DNA from: Sarea resinae | Taxonomy: Eukaryota | Assembly: GCA_026026165.1 (NCBI GenBank) | Contig: JAPEUD010000020.1 | Coordinates: 248,001-312,000 of the forward strand | DNA length: 64,000 bases | Reading direction: 5' to 3' | Shown: one piece after another, positions 1 through 11,611 of the stretch | Numbering within the stretch: the first letter of the stretch is position 1 | Layout: every line of letters starts with the position of its first letter | Program-made: the position numbers and the translations under genes | Notes under the pieces: model-generated | Databases searched by the model: none | The model's input: the letters and a program-made list of their open reading frames with translations, nothing else | What the model was told of the DNA's origin: nothing

Positions 1-1
1 C

Positions 2-499
2 GGCAAAGACCTCGAGTGCCGCCTGCAAGACATCGTGCACACAAGCGGCTGGTACGAAGGCGTGGCAAAGCGCATTCTAGCCGGTCTGGAGCTCGCCCTG
101 AACGAGGGCGCGGCCATGGGAGGAGCGATGAAAGAGGCGTTTGACAAAGCCACCGCGGTGGCGGATGGGTTTGTGCGCGAGCATCCCATCCTCGTCGGGG
201 CCGTGGTCACGCTTGTCGCCATTGGGATCCTGGTGAATCTCGTGCCATGGGCGGTGGAGGCATTGGGGTTTGCGGAGCTGGGGCCTGTTGAGGGTGAGCT
301 GTTTTCCTGTTCTCTGCGGTTTACTGTTTAATCTAGGATATGATGCGTGATCCATGCCATCAGAGGCGCGCGCGAATGCGAGGCTGACACGTCGTAAGGC
401 TCGTTTGCGGCGCTGTGGCAGTCAACGTTCCCGGACGTGGAGGCTGCGTCGTGGTTCGCGTGGTTTCAGAGACTCGGCATGAAATGGGCCGCAAAGTGA
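2..499 (+). CDS. 3' part of a small membrane protein with an IFI6/IFI27-like glycine/alanine motif (5' end outside window); exons <2-293 and 399-499
   Basis: Frame is open from the window start. Hydrophobic segment LVGAVVTLVAIGILVNLVPW, then LGFAELGPVEG|SFAALWQSTFPDVEAASWFAWFQRLGM across intron 294-398 (GTGAGC...GCTGAC...TAAG); TGA at 497-499. Confidence 0.65.
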
Positions 500-1411
500 G
501 AGGGCGAGAACCAACATTGGTGGTGAGGGGATCTGACGGGCTACTACGCTGAAATCGACAATCTCTTCTTGCCTTCCATCGCCTTCCTTTCTCCAACGTG
601 GACGAAGAGCGCGCGTTGCGGATTCGAATGTCGTGGGATCTGGCTGCCCCGTTCCCCATGTTGATTTAAGCGCCCAGGGCTTCCGAGCTACCCCACCAAC
701 ATGACCCTCTTACGCTAGCTAGCCTCGCGCTACTGTTGATGTCCATAGATATTAAGATAGTGGTTTTGCTTTTCTTGGCTCTGAAATTATATACATTGCA
801 AATCTTCCATGTTAAGCTACTACAGATTGTTGCTTGCATCAGATATAAGTTGCTCTACCAGACTCCTCTAGACGATTTCTTTTAGTGCCACCATGGTTGT
901 CATATCAGCGATAATATAGAAGGCGATAGGCTATAAGGCAATTGAAGCTCGTCATAGAGCAAATTATGTTTCGTCATCACCGTCTGCGAAATCCTCGATG
1001 AGTGATCACAGTAATCTCATCATATATGCCACCACGCTTCCACACAGGCACACTGGACCTGCGAGCAGCTAGCCGTCTGTATTCATCTCACTACACTGCC
1101 TAAAGCTAGCTCTACAGAGATGCTGGGAGGAGGAATGAAACAGATGAGGTACTTCTTTCGCTTCATAAGAAAGATAAACTGGAGAAGATGAGAGTCGTGT
1201 AATTTGTGAAATGTGATTATTGTGATTGGAAGGGTGGCGACGGGCGAGATCGTAAGGGGGTTTATAAACGGCAGCAAAACGCGCTCTAGAAGACCTCGTG
1301 TGCTCGTACGTAGGACGGCGCGGCTTGAACGAGGGAAACCATGTCCGAAGGCATCAGCAGAGAGCGCCGTATGTGTGTGAGGTGAACAGGACTAGAGTGA
1401 CACGGCCCAGT

Positions 1412-2461
1412 TTACAGGTCCGCATCTTCCTCATCGGGCAAGGGCAAAGCAGCGGCGTCTTGCATCTCCTTCTGGTACTGAGCGAGAACAGCTTGGTCGA
1501 CTTGAACCTCTGGGGGAGCGAGAGCTGGGGCCGCGACAAATTCCTGTTGTAGAGAACGCATGGTTAGCTTACATGGCAGGTGTACGCAAGGAACTTGGAC
1601 AAGAATGGAGACTGAAAAGTCATACCAAAGTTTGGTTGCCAACGAGCTTCCTTGCCAACCACAAGAACGGCTTCTCAAAGTTGTAGTTGGACTTGGCAGA
1701 GATGTCGTAATATTGGAGATTCTTCTTTCGATGGAAGGTGATCGTCTTGGCCTTAACCTTACGCTCCTTCACATCGACTTTGTTTCCGCAAAGCACGATC
1801 GGAATGTTCTCGCAGACACGGACCAGATCACCTGCAGGAGCGATGACAATTCAGTGATGGACCTAAGGAAGTAACAGGCAAGTCAAGACCTACGGTGCCA
1901 GTTGGGGACGTTCTTGTAGGTGATACGAGAGGTCACATCAAACATGATGATACCGCATTGGCCGTTGATGTAGTATCCATCTCTCAGTCCACCAAACTTC
2001 TCTTGTCCAGCGGTATCCCAGACATCAAATTGGATGGGTCCGAGGTTCTACGTCCCATTAGTTGGAAACTGATTGAGCGCGAAGTGCATAGGCGATCTGG
2101 GGCCCACCTACTGTAGTGAAACCAAGAGGGTGAACTTCGACGCCGAGCGTTGCAATGTATTTCTTTTCAAACTCGCCGGTCAAATGGCGCTTGACGAAGG
2201 TGGTCTGCATACATTCCCCATTGTTAGTCTTCGGATCTGCAACCGCTCAGGTCGAGGCAACATGAGGCGGCCTCCGATGATGGCTTTCGCCATCGTCAAG
2301 TATGGAAAATACAACGTAGAGATTCTCTACGTCATCAAAACGAGGCTCAGAGGAGACAGCTATGATCGACGGAGTTCGGTCCTGGCACTGACCTTTCCGG
2401 TACCGCCATCACCAACAAGCACCAGCTTGAAGGATGGGGGCTGCGCAGCGGCTTCAGCCAT
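1412..2461 (-). CDS. GSP1: Ran GTPase (GSP1/Spi1), multi-exon
   Basis: Spliced translation [49 protein letters not shown]...[17 protein letters not shown]..., with acidic C-terminus LPDEEDADL. Confidence 0.97.
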
Positions 2462-3041
2462 GTTGTTGGAGGAAAGCAGATGTATGTATCGGAAGAAGAT
2501 CGGTGACTAGAACGAGGGAAGGTTCTGGAGTTAGTCCTGGATAAGAAGATGATGCAAATCGACGTGTTGTTAGGGAGTGCAATGTATGAGGATGGACATA
2601 CTATGCAGCAGTTCGTTGGTTGATATTGAAAAGTCGCTCGACAATAATGTGTGTCTCTCTCCAGGGATTGCTGTCAAGCGGTCGATGGATGAGAATGGAT
2701 GTGGTGGGGCAGGTGAAAGAAGTTACGTGACAACGAATTTGCATGTTGTGGTCAATGAGGACCAATCGTAAGCGAGGGGCATCGTCAACTCAGTATCACG
2801 TGACCGCAGGTGCTCTCTCCATCCAGGCGTCATTCCCCGGCCACAGAGATATTATTTCGAAAGATACGACAGACTAATACCTCTGATTCAATGAGATTGG
2901 CTCCATGCGAGTGTTCATCCCATTCTAACATCATTAATCTATTGAACTTTTACTTCTTCACTTTGAGGGACCGTGTGCGAGGAGAACACCGTGCATGATC
3001 GATCCCGCAGAAAACCTTCGAAATATGAGAACCGACACTAT

Positions 3042-3952
3042 CTAGGTCGTAAGAAGATGACAACCAAGCATTCCTCGTCCTCCCCAATCTCGCCTGGGAA
3101 CGAGCTGCACTTGAAGCTCTTCCTGCGCTTGCAATTGCTCCGCAGAACCTCTTCGTAAGACTTTGACCATTATGGGTCGCTGTTAGAAGACAACGTTAGA
3201 TTTGGGGTAGGAATCGTGCAATGGTTGGACTGAAGTAACCTCACCCCTTCATTTCGTTGGACCTCTTGTGCGACCTTTGTGAGCTTCTCATGATTGATCC
3301 AATTTATAGACCCAAATCTCCTTATCTCATCGCCCACCTTGAGTCCAGCTTCGGCTGCCGGACTACCAGGTTCCACACTGTTGACCTTCGCAAAAGGAGT
3401 CTCGATCAAGCTCGGCGAGGGATCGGATCTGGCTGGGAGATGCGGATCTCTAGCAGCAACGGCATCGTCCCGTTCCAAGTGTGTCTCTGTTGCAGGTAAA
3501 GAGGCAAAGTGGTCGTGCAGGCCGACCTCAATCCGGGACATGAGAGTTTTGTAATCATTTCGTAAGCGTATGATTCGAGCTCTTGTGGTTCGGACTCAAG
3601 AGAAGTGTCAGCGCATTGCTCTCCTGCTCCAGAAAGGATGATGATACTTGGTGCAATATCCAAATCGGCCCGGGGATAGCCATCAAATGTCGTCAGACTG
3701 GTGTTCATATTTACCCCATGCTAAATGTCCGTCAGGCCAGACGTCCGTCGATTCACAACAAGCCATGATGCTCTTAGAACTCACAGAATCGAGGACGCCA
3801 CTCAAAGCAATTAACTCGCCCTCTACGCGCTCCTTCTGCGCCATAAGCTCATTCAAGCTGAGCTTATCGACATAGCCTCCGTTTGACGCCGTTTCTGACG
3901 TCGGACCAGAGTCTATGGTAGCAGCATGTAAGTCATCCATTGGTAGTCCCAT
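3042..3952 (-). CDS. NAS2: 26S proteasome assembly chaperone Nas2/PSMD9 (N-terminal coiled coil + PDZ-like domain), multi-exon
   Basis: MGLPMDDLHA...; TFDGYPRADLDIA-IRTTRARIIRLRNDYK; PFAKVNSVEPGSPAAEAGLKVGDEI; C-terminal LVPRRDWGGRGMLGCHLLTT*. Confidence 0.93.
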
Positions 3953-5118
3953 CTGCTGTAATGACTTGGATCAGATTTCTGAGCGGCGGAATCGATCTTT
4001 TGGTCTCACGAAGCAATATTTATTGACGCGGGGCAAATCGATGCCTACCTATCCCGCTTAAGCTACAGCCCAGAGATGTGTGGCACCAGCATTCATCTCA
4101 GGTACGAAATGATTCACGAATCACCTGCGTGTTGTTAGGTACCTAGGTACCTTATCTTACTTGGGTACCTGTCTCAAGGTATCTCCTTACCGGCTTGAAG
4201 GTTTATCCGGGCCCGATGTTGATGGCCCCTGGTCCCCCTATATCAGGAGGTAGGTGGCAGTAGCTCACGGCTCATTATTCAGGTCAACATGGGCTGAACT
4301 CGATTATAGTGGATTAAATACCGAACGATCCCTTATATTTTAGACTATAAAGCTGCGAACGTCTAATCATGATATTACTACTCATGCCGATTAGAAAATA
4401 TCGCAGACTTCTCGTTAGCATTCCTAGATATGGCACGACCGGTCACTGCTTTTGTTCAAAAGCATCAATATCAGCTCAGGGTGACAGTATATACAGCAAA
4501 GGGCTTTCGCAATATCTTCTGAGCCACTCGAGCACCATATTGCAAAGAACAATTTGTATCATCAGACGTACCAACGGACAGTCTAGATAAAGTCCCGGTC
4601 GGGTGCCCCTATTAGGGTGCTTTTCCATCATGCGTCGCTCCTTCCTTGGATGTTTATCATTTTCTTAGTTTATGATTCAATATGACGATATCATCACAAA
4701 CACCCTTTCCGCATACGGCTTTTTGGCGCGTACACGCACACTTTCTCCTTCCATATGTCCTGTCTATTTTGTCAACACGACTCTTAGTATCACCCTCCAC
4801 TCCACGAATCCCCATCTCTTCGCGTCATCCCTTATCGCGTATGTTTCCATCAACACCACCTTCTCACAAAACATCTTCATTTCTTCATTTCCCCATCTCT
4901 TCGTACCGTTCCATCCCAAGCTTTCCACGAAGACAGATCTTGCACAACAATTGTCTAAGTCAGAAAGCTTCACGTACTCTCTCGCATCGCTTTCGATCAA
5001 CACCAGCTCTCAAAATCCTTCTTTGTTTCTTTGTTTTCCAATCCCATTTTAGTACACCATCCCCATCTTTCACGGAAGGCAAATTTGGCACAATAAGTGT
5101 CAGAGTCCGAAAGACAGG

Positions 5119-8100
5119 ATGTTACCCCCGAGATCGCCGTTCGAGTCTCCTTTACCATCGTATCATCTTCCTGAGAACCTGTTCACACCAACGCCTAGCC
5201 CACCAGTTAGCCGCACAGTATCCGGCGGAACTGTAAAGTCTCAGCTCGAGAATGAGAACGTGAATACGAGACGCGGTAACCCAGACGGCTCTTTTGGTGA
5301 CGAGGCCGAGTTCCCACATTTGAGGACGACCTTGGGCAACCAGCCAAACTACGCGGATCGTGTTGAGATGATCCAGAGCGAGAATTTGCATGTCAGAAGT
5401 GGCAATCCAGATAAAGTTGACTTCCCGCATTTAAGGACTATCCTAGACGACCAGCCAAACGATGCGGGTCTTGCTGAGGAGGTCCAGAATGAGAATTTGT
5501 ATATCGAAAGGGCTAATCCAGACGGCTCTTTCGGCGACGAAGTTGACTTCCCGCATCTGAGGACCATCCTAGACGACCAGCCAAACGACGCGGGTCGTGC
5601 TGAGGAGGTCCTGAATGAGAGTTTGTATTTCAAAAGGGCCAATCCAGACGGCTCTTTCGGGGATGAAATTGACTTTCCGCATTTGAGGACTATCCTAGAC
5701 GATCAGCCAAACGACGCGGGTCGTGCTGAGGAAATTCAGAGTGAGAATTCGCATGTTAGAAAGGGCAATCCAAACGGCTCTTTTAGTGATGAAGTCGACT
5801 TCCCACACCTACGCGCGATTTTTGACGATAAGCCGAACGAGGTGCATATCAAGAGGGGAGACCCAGAATGCTCGTTTGATCTGACACACCTGCGAGCGAT
5901 CTTGGACGACCAGCCGAACGACGCGGATCGTGTTGAGAAGCTTCGGGATGATGACTCGCATGTCGAAAGCGAGGACTCAGTCTGCTCCTTTGACATGACG
6001 CTCCTACGAGACATCTTGGAGGATGATCAGCCGAATGACGCGGATCGTATTGAGAAGCTCCAGATTGACAACTCCCATATCAAAAGGGAGAAGCCAGACA
6101 GCTCTTTTGATGTGGCACACGTACGAGCAATTTTTCAGAGCCAGCCGAACGTGTTATGTGTTGAGAAGCCCCAGAGTGAGGACTCATATATCAAAAGGGC
6201 AATCCGAGACGGCCCTTTTGATTATGCTCAACTGCTAGCAATCTTTGGCGTTCAGCTGAACACAGATCGTGTTGAGAAGCTCCAGGCCGAGGAGCCGAAC
6301 GACGCGGAGCGTGCTGAGATAGATCACAGTATCTACAACTTGCCTAGCCCGCCGAAGGACTCCCCATGCACGATGAGCTTTCTCGAACAGAACATGCCAT
6401 CGGTCCCAGAACGTTCTCCATTAACTCTGGAAGATCGATTCATGAACCTTGGCCGAATGACACCAAGCTCTTGCCCATCAACACCAACTCCTTCTCTGGC
6501 TCATCTACTCCGCACATGGGCATCATTATATGATATGCCAGCGGTCCCGAAACACTCCCCAGGAGGTCTTGAAGAAAGATTCATGAACCTCGGCAGAGTT
6601 TCCGTCATGACACCAAGCTCTTGCCCATCGACACCAACTCCTTCTTCTCCGACTCCTCTAGAAGGCACAGTTGCATCATCATATGATATGCCAGCGGCCC
6701 CGAAACACTCCCCAGGAGGTCTAGAAGATAGGTTTCGAAGACTTCGTCAAGCATCTAAGCTGACACCAACCTTCTCGTCATTGTCACGCACACCTTCTTC
6801 TCCGACTCCTCCAGCCCGCACAGCTGCATCATCATACGATATGCCAGCAGGCCTGAAACACCGCGCAGGAAGTCTAGAAGAAAGATTTCGAAGACTTCGT
6901 CAAGCATCCAAGCTGACACCAACATTCTCGTCGTCAAAGACACCAATAACTTCATCACCGACTCTGTCATCCCCCGCATTTACACCTTCACCCTCTTTAT
7001 CTACACCTTCACCTTCATCAACCCACTCAAATTCCGCTTCTCCACACGTACTACCAGCAGCCGTAAACAATTTGAACAATATGACAAACCAAGAGATTGT
7101 CGACACGCTTTTGCAAATGCACACTCAAAGCTTGCAAAGAAAGAGCGGCGATCAGGTTGTCAACAAAGCGACGGCTTCGACTGTGGGTACCAAGAGTGCA
7201 AGCAATGAGGAAGTTTTTGATAATCAATCGGTCGAGAAAACCACACCGCCGTTTAGGAAATGGCTGCATAAGATGGCATTCGGTCGTATGAAAGAGTCGA
7301 AGATACAAGCTGATTTGATTGCTATGGCTGTCGAGAAGCACAAGAAGTATCGTGTCTCTCACAAATTTGGCGTGACTGTCCAAGACCAAAAGCAGTCTTG
7401 TGTCTCTTGTGGATATGGTGGCGCTTTCGGACATGAAATGCAGTCTCATGTTGCTCAGAAGTCTAGTTTGGCTGCCAAAGATCAACAACAGTCTTGTGTT
7501 TCTCACGAACCGGGTCTATCGTTTACGGTTTCTCACAGCTCCTCTTTTTGGAAATCACCTGGAGCAGGCGCAGCGATGACTGGTACCTTGAATTTGGTCG
7601 GGCTCGGTAAGCATCGTAATCCGAATTGGAGCACTGATCGTTCTGACACGTGTCTCGATCACCACACGCAGTCAGGCCCAGTCCTCACACACACCACTAT
7701 TAAGGATGATATCGTGGATGGACCACGACGTGAGCGCTACCACGAACGTAGCCGGATCATATGGGAAATTATTACCTCGGAAGAATCTTATGTGGCCGAT
7801 CTAAAAGTTTTAACGAACGTAAGTCACTGTGGTCCGGCTCAGCTTGGATGATATGCTAACATGTGCTCCTAGGTCTATAACACTATCTTTTCTTCAAGCG
7901 ATTGTTTTTCACCTTTGATCCGTTTGGCGGTGCAGCAAAGCACCGAGGAGATCCTGGATACCCATGAGGCTCTCCTTCGGGAAATCGCCTTGGTCGTGCC
8001 GGACATCGACTTGGATCCGGCGTCAATGGGCGAACCCCAGCTGGCCGCAAGGCTGGCTGGGGTATTCGCCAAATACGTATGTCCTTGATGTCCACAAGAC

Positions 8101-8619
8101 ATTCAACGTCTCTTTTTCAGTTCTGATGTGCTGACAAGACATAGACCAAGCGGTTCCGGGCCTACGAGGAGTATGGGGCTCGATACGAGCTTGCCATGGG
8201 CGATGCAATTGCTACTAACGTAGCAAAAGCATCGCCCATGGTGAGCTATGATCGGGGGCTAGAGGCACTTGCGGTGTCTCTGGCCTCCGTGGATCTTCGG
8301 GCCCTGGTGGGGGGCAAATCAGTGGGTCTTTACGACCTATTGATCAAAGTACGTATCCCTCGGGAGTTGAGGATTTGATAAAGCTAATGCCATCCAGCCG
8401 GTGCAACGTTTGTGCCGGTACCCTTTGTTGTTCGCCGAGCTTAAAGCAAAGGTACCGGCCAGCGAGGCACCTGCCGCCCACCACGAGATCGAGATATTCC
8501 TAGGCCGAATGAGGGAAGTCGTCGAAGACGTCAACATGGCGTCAAGTGATCCTATGGTCAAGCGACGAATCCAGAGAACGTGGCTTGCGACCGGTGCCGC
8601 CAAAGCAATCATTGGATAA
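5119..8619 (+). CDS. ~1109-aa protein: two tandem peptide-repeat arrays + C-terminal RhoGEF (Dbl-homology) domain, no PH domain; exons 5119-7818, 7873-8076, 8145-8348, 8398-8619
   Basis: DH hallmarks RSRIIWEIITSEESYVADLKVL and LYDLLIK|PVQRLCRYPLLFAEL. Three phase-0 GT-AG introns, each with a branch site (GCTAAC, GCTGAC, GCTAAT), keep the frame open. Confidence 0.8.
5251..6315 (+). repeat. Coding tandem array A: ~9 units of 37-42 aa (126-bp period in the best copies)
   Basis: Consensus NENLHIKRGNPDGSF(GDEV)DFPHLRTILDDQPNDAxRxExxQ; AATCCA(G/A)ACGGC recurs at 5515, 5641 and 5767. Confidence 0.95.
6391..6935 (+). repeat. Coding tandem array B: ~4 units of 51 aa (153-bp period)
   Basis: GATATGCCA at 6532, 6685 and 6838; unit DMPAxPKHSPGGLE(D/E)RFxxLxxxSxxTPxxxxxxxTPSSPTP. 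Confidence 0.95.
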
Positions 8620-8639
8620 GCAAGATCTTTTGAGAGCAA

Positions 8640-9300
8640 GATTGGCATGGGCTCGGAAAGCCAAGAGCTCTACTAGAGAGGAGCGAATGACAGGATCGGA
8701 ACAGTTCTTATTTGTCTTCATTGGGCCAAAAGCATTGATAAACGGGCTCAAGCAAGAAATAGTCTTTATAGCAGAGAAACGACGACAGGATGGGAACAGT
8801 GCTTGTTGGATGAGTCGGAAGTTTTGACCAGCTTGCTTATGGAAGAAGCAACTGTTGTTGGACAGCGGCGATTGGAACAATTCTTACTCGTTGGAAGAGT
8901 TGGAAGTTTTGATCAACGGGCTCGGGAAAGAAACAGCTATTATGGGACAGGAGTGACAGCATTGGAACGCTTGTTTTTTATTGACGAGTTGAGAGTTCCG
9001 ATAAACAGACAGGCGGGACGGCATTGGAATGATTGTTTCTTGTTGATGAGTCGAAAGGTCTGATGGACAGAAAGACTCAGAAGAGAGACAGCTGTCATGG
9101 GACAAAGCGATAGCATTGGAGCATTTCTTACTTGTTGGATGAGTCAGAGCTTGTGATGAATGAGTTCAGGAAAGAAGCAGCTTTTACTGGACAGAAGCGA
9201 CAGCATTGGAACGGTTGTTACTTGTTAGATGAGTCGGAAGGTTTGATCAGCAGACAGACTCAGAAGAGAGACACTGTCAGAAGATTAGAAGCGACTGCAA
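8640..9300. repeat. Degenerate non-coding tandem array, ~86-92-bp unit, ~7 copies
   Basis: Recurring core GACAGxxGCGACAGCATTGGAAC...TTGTTGGATGAGTCGGAAG; GA(T/C)GAGT(C/T)(G/A)-type words at ~8809, 8895, 8983, 9046, 9138 and 9228. Confidence 0.8.
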
Positions 9301-9788
9301 AACAGGAGCGGCAGTTCGTGAAGCATCATTAGATAGATTCGCTCCTCTTGAAAGGCAATGAAAGACAACTGATTGCGGTTACCATTATGCCTTACCTCGA
9401 GAATAGTGCCTTATCACTGAGCTCTCTCAGCATAGTGTCTCAATCAAGCCCTTCTCCACCCTACTCCGATCCTCACTGCCGAGAATCGTTGACAAGATCA
9501 TCATCAAGGCAAGCCAGAAACGTCGGCAACCCGGATCTCCGCCCGATGGCTGTTGACAGCCTTGAAGAAGCACAATGGCACCTTTGGAGTTTGGCAGATA
9601 TCGTCTTTCGACACGCGGCCTACAAAGAATCTCGAGAGGATGGAAGTAATGAAACTGAGTAGCAGTGGTAGACACTGCTGATGATAGCACTGACTCTGAG
9701 CTGATATCGTCGTGAAGAAAGAAAAAATAGGGCGACGTCTCTCAAAGGATATCGTGGGACAGAGGGGGACCATCACCTCAGGCTTCGG

Positions 9789-10463
9789 ATGCAGAGCGAG
9801 CTCAGGGAGCCCGATGTCGCAAATCTGGCCGATGGTGGGCTATGGGAGGCATTGAGTGCGGCGAGGATAGCCAAGGCAGAGCATTCCTCCGCCCAAAATC
9901 CTCTTTCCCAGACACGATATCTACAGATACTAATAAGTTACCTTATGGCCACAGCATCATTAGGGAACGAGATGGAGAGAGGAGAAAGAGCTTGAATCAG
10001 GCTGGGGTTAATTGCTATCAAAGATCGTATTTCAATTGAGGTCTTTCAGTGGGATTTCAGTTGGGATTTTAGCTCTTGAGCTTTCTGTAATCTACGATAT
10101 CTTCCCGGTTGTACTTCTACCGTAGCTACCTAAGGCCAAACAGGAAGATCTTCTTTACAGGACCATCGACTTCGATATCGGAACCATGGGGCGATTTTGC
10201 ATCATGCAAGGTACCCATCAATAGCGCGACTCCTAGTGAGGGGTGGTGCTGAAGTCAGAGAATACCGTAAGGAGAGTACTCCTATAGAGTCGCATCATCA
10301 TGTGGAGACGGCGGATGAGATGGCGGACGAGATCATGGAAGAGCCTGCAGATCAAGATGACGATGAACCAGCCCCCTGCAAGAATGACGTATGGACAGAT
10401 GTCGCATGTCCAGCGTCCAACGTCGACAGGAGTACTACCACGCAGTACTATGATGGCACCTAG
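9789..10463 (+). pseudogene. Possible decayed ankyrin-repeat gene fragment
   Basis: Ankyrin-like pieces in different frames: GILALELSVIYDIFPVVLLP* (from 10063) and YPSIARLLVRGGAEV (~10212-10256), with stops and frameshifts between them. Confidence 0.25.
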
Positions 10464-10658
10464 GTACGCAGTAAGCTACTAGGTAGACAGCCCCTCCTAC
10501 TGTTTAAAACTGACCCCACCACCTCACAACCCCATCATTTCACTCTTCATCATCCAACACATCACCTCAGTACATTCTACTACCTTACAATCAATCAACT
10601 GAAGCTCATATTCTCTCATCTACTTACGTCTCAATACCTTCTCACCAAAACCGCCATC

Positions 10659-11272
10659 ATGCCTCGTGGAAACGCTTCTCAGACTAAGGTCCACTACAAG
10701 GGCACCGAAGAAGACTTTGTCATCTTCGTCGACGATGTTCAAGCAGTGCAGGAGTGGAAGAAGGACAAGAGTGTTCCATTGGCCCAGGTGGTCAGTGGCT
10801 GGAAGGTCTTTGTTACCCACAAGTAAGTTCCTCTTCGTTTCCTCATCCTTGTCATTCAAGGCAGTCACCATCACCAGAGATTGGGCACCGAATTGAACGC
10901 CTTGCTTTACCGTGTTTTGTTCGCCTTACCTTTCTGGTTCACTGCTGATTGATATTCGATGTATCATAGACATGGTGCACAAGGTATCATGGACAGTGCC
11001 TCGAATTCCGCACTGGATAACGAATTCGGCACCCACAAGGAGGAGGACGTCGTGATTCAGATCCTGGAGAAGGGCACTGTTCAAGAGAGCGAGGTTTGTT
11101 CAGATCATACCCTGCCTCTCAATCCCTAATACAGCAGCAATGAGACTATTGGATCTCGTACCTGCCGGTCTTTTCTCAATTTGACTGACTTCTGGCCTCA
11201 CAGGAAGCTGGACGCTCGGGTTCAACGAACGACTCAATGGGTGCCGGTGTTGCGCATGGGCCAAGGGGTTAG
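10659..11272 (+). CDS. RTC3: Small SBDS/SDO1 N-terminal-domain protein (Rtc3-like), 3 exons
   Basis: MPRGNASQTKVHYKGTEEDFVIFVDD...WKKDKSVPLAQVVSGWKVFVTHK|HGAQGIMDSAS...LDNEFGT...QILEKG; TAG at 11270-11272. Confidence 0.88.
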
Positions 11273-11611
11273 GTGCTTCGGTTTTGAGTCTTTTCTTTTC
11301 GCGAGGGTTAAATGAGCTAGCTTTACAGATTGGCACCTGCCAACACCGCTACCGCTCCACCCCGATGGCATAGGAAGCGTGTGGGCATCGGTTTTGTTTG
11401 CTAAGGTGTCAGCAAGTCATGATGGAATTGCTGGCTGGAGAACGAAAACATTTACTACCTTTACTTCTTATACTGTACTTGCACGTGATATGCATCATAT
11501 GGCTACGTGCGTGACAATGGAAATTACTTTGGCTACCTAATGTAGATGACATTTGATGGATCGAGGAAACGCCGGAGGCAGCTGGAGAGCAGTCCTCGTA
11601 TATCTGCCCGA

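Noticed and set aside
1560..2510. + strand ORFs over the Ran gene
   Set aside because: Antisense shadows of the conserved minus-strand exons.
5251..6315. Repeat array A as a Kex2-processed peptide precursor (KEP/RiPP), since KR/RR/RK occur in several units
   Set aside because: No signal peptide, dibasic sites are missing from some units, and the ORF continues into a cytosolic DH domain.
8640..9300. CRISPR-like array
   Set aside because: Eukaryotic context, whole units are similar (no unique spacers), repeats are highly degenerate, and there are no cas genes.
4600..10500. Transposon or RIP-degraded element explaining the accessory island
   Set aside because: No transposase or RT motifs, terminal repeats or strong AT/TpA enrichment visible by eye.
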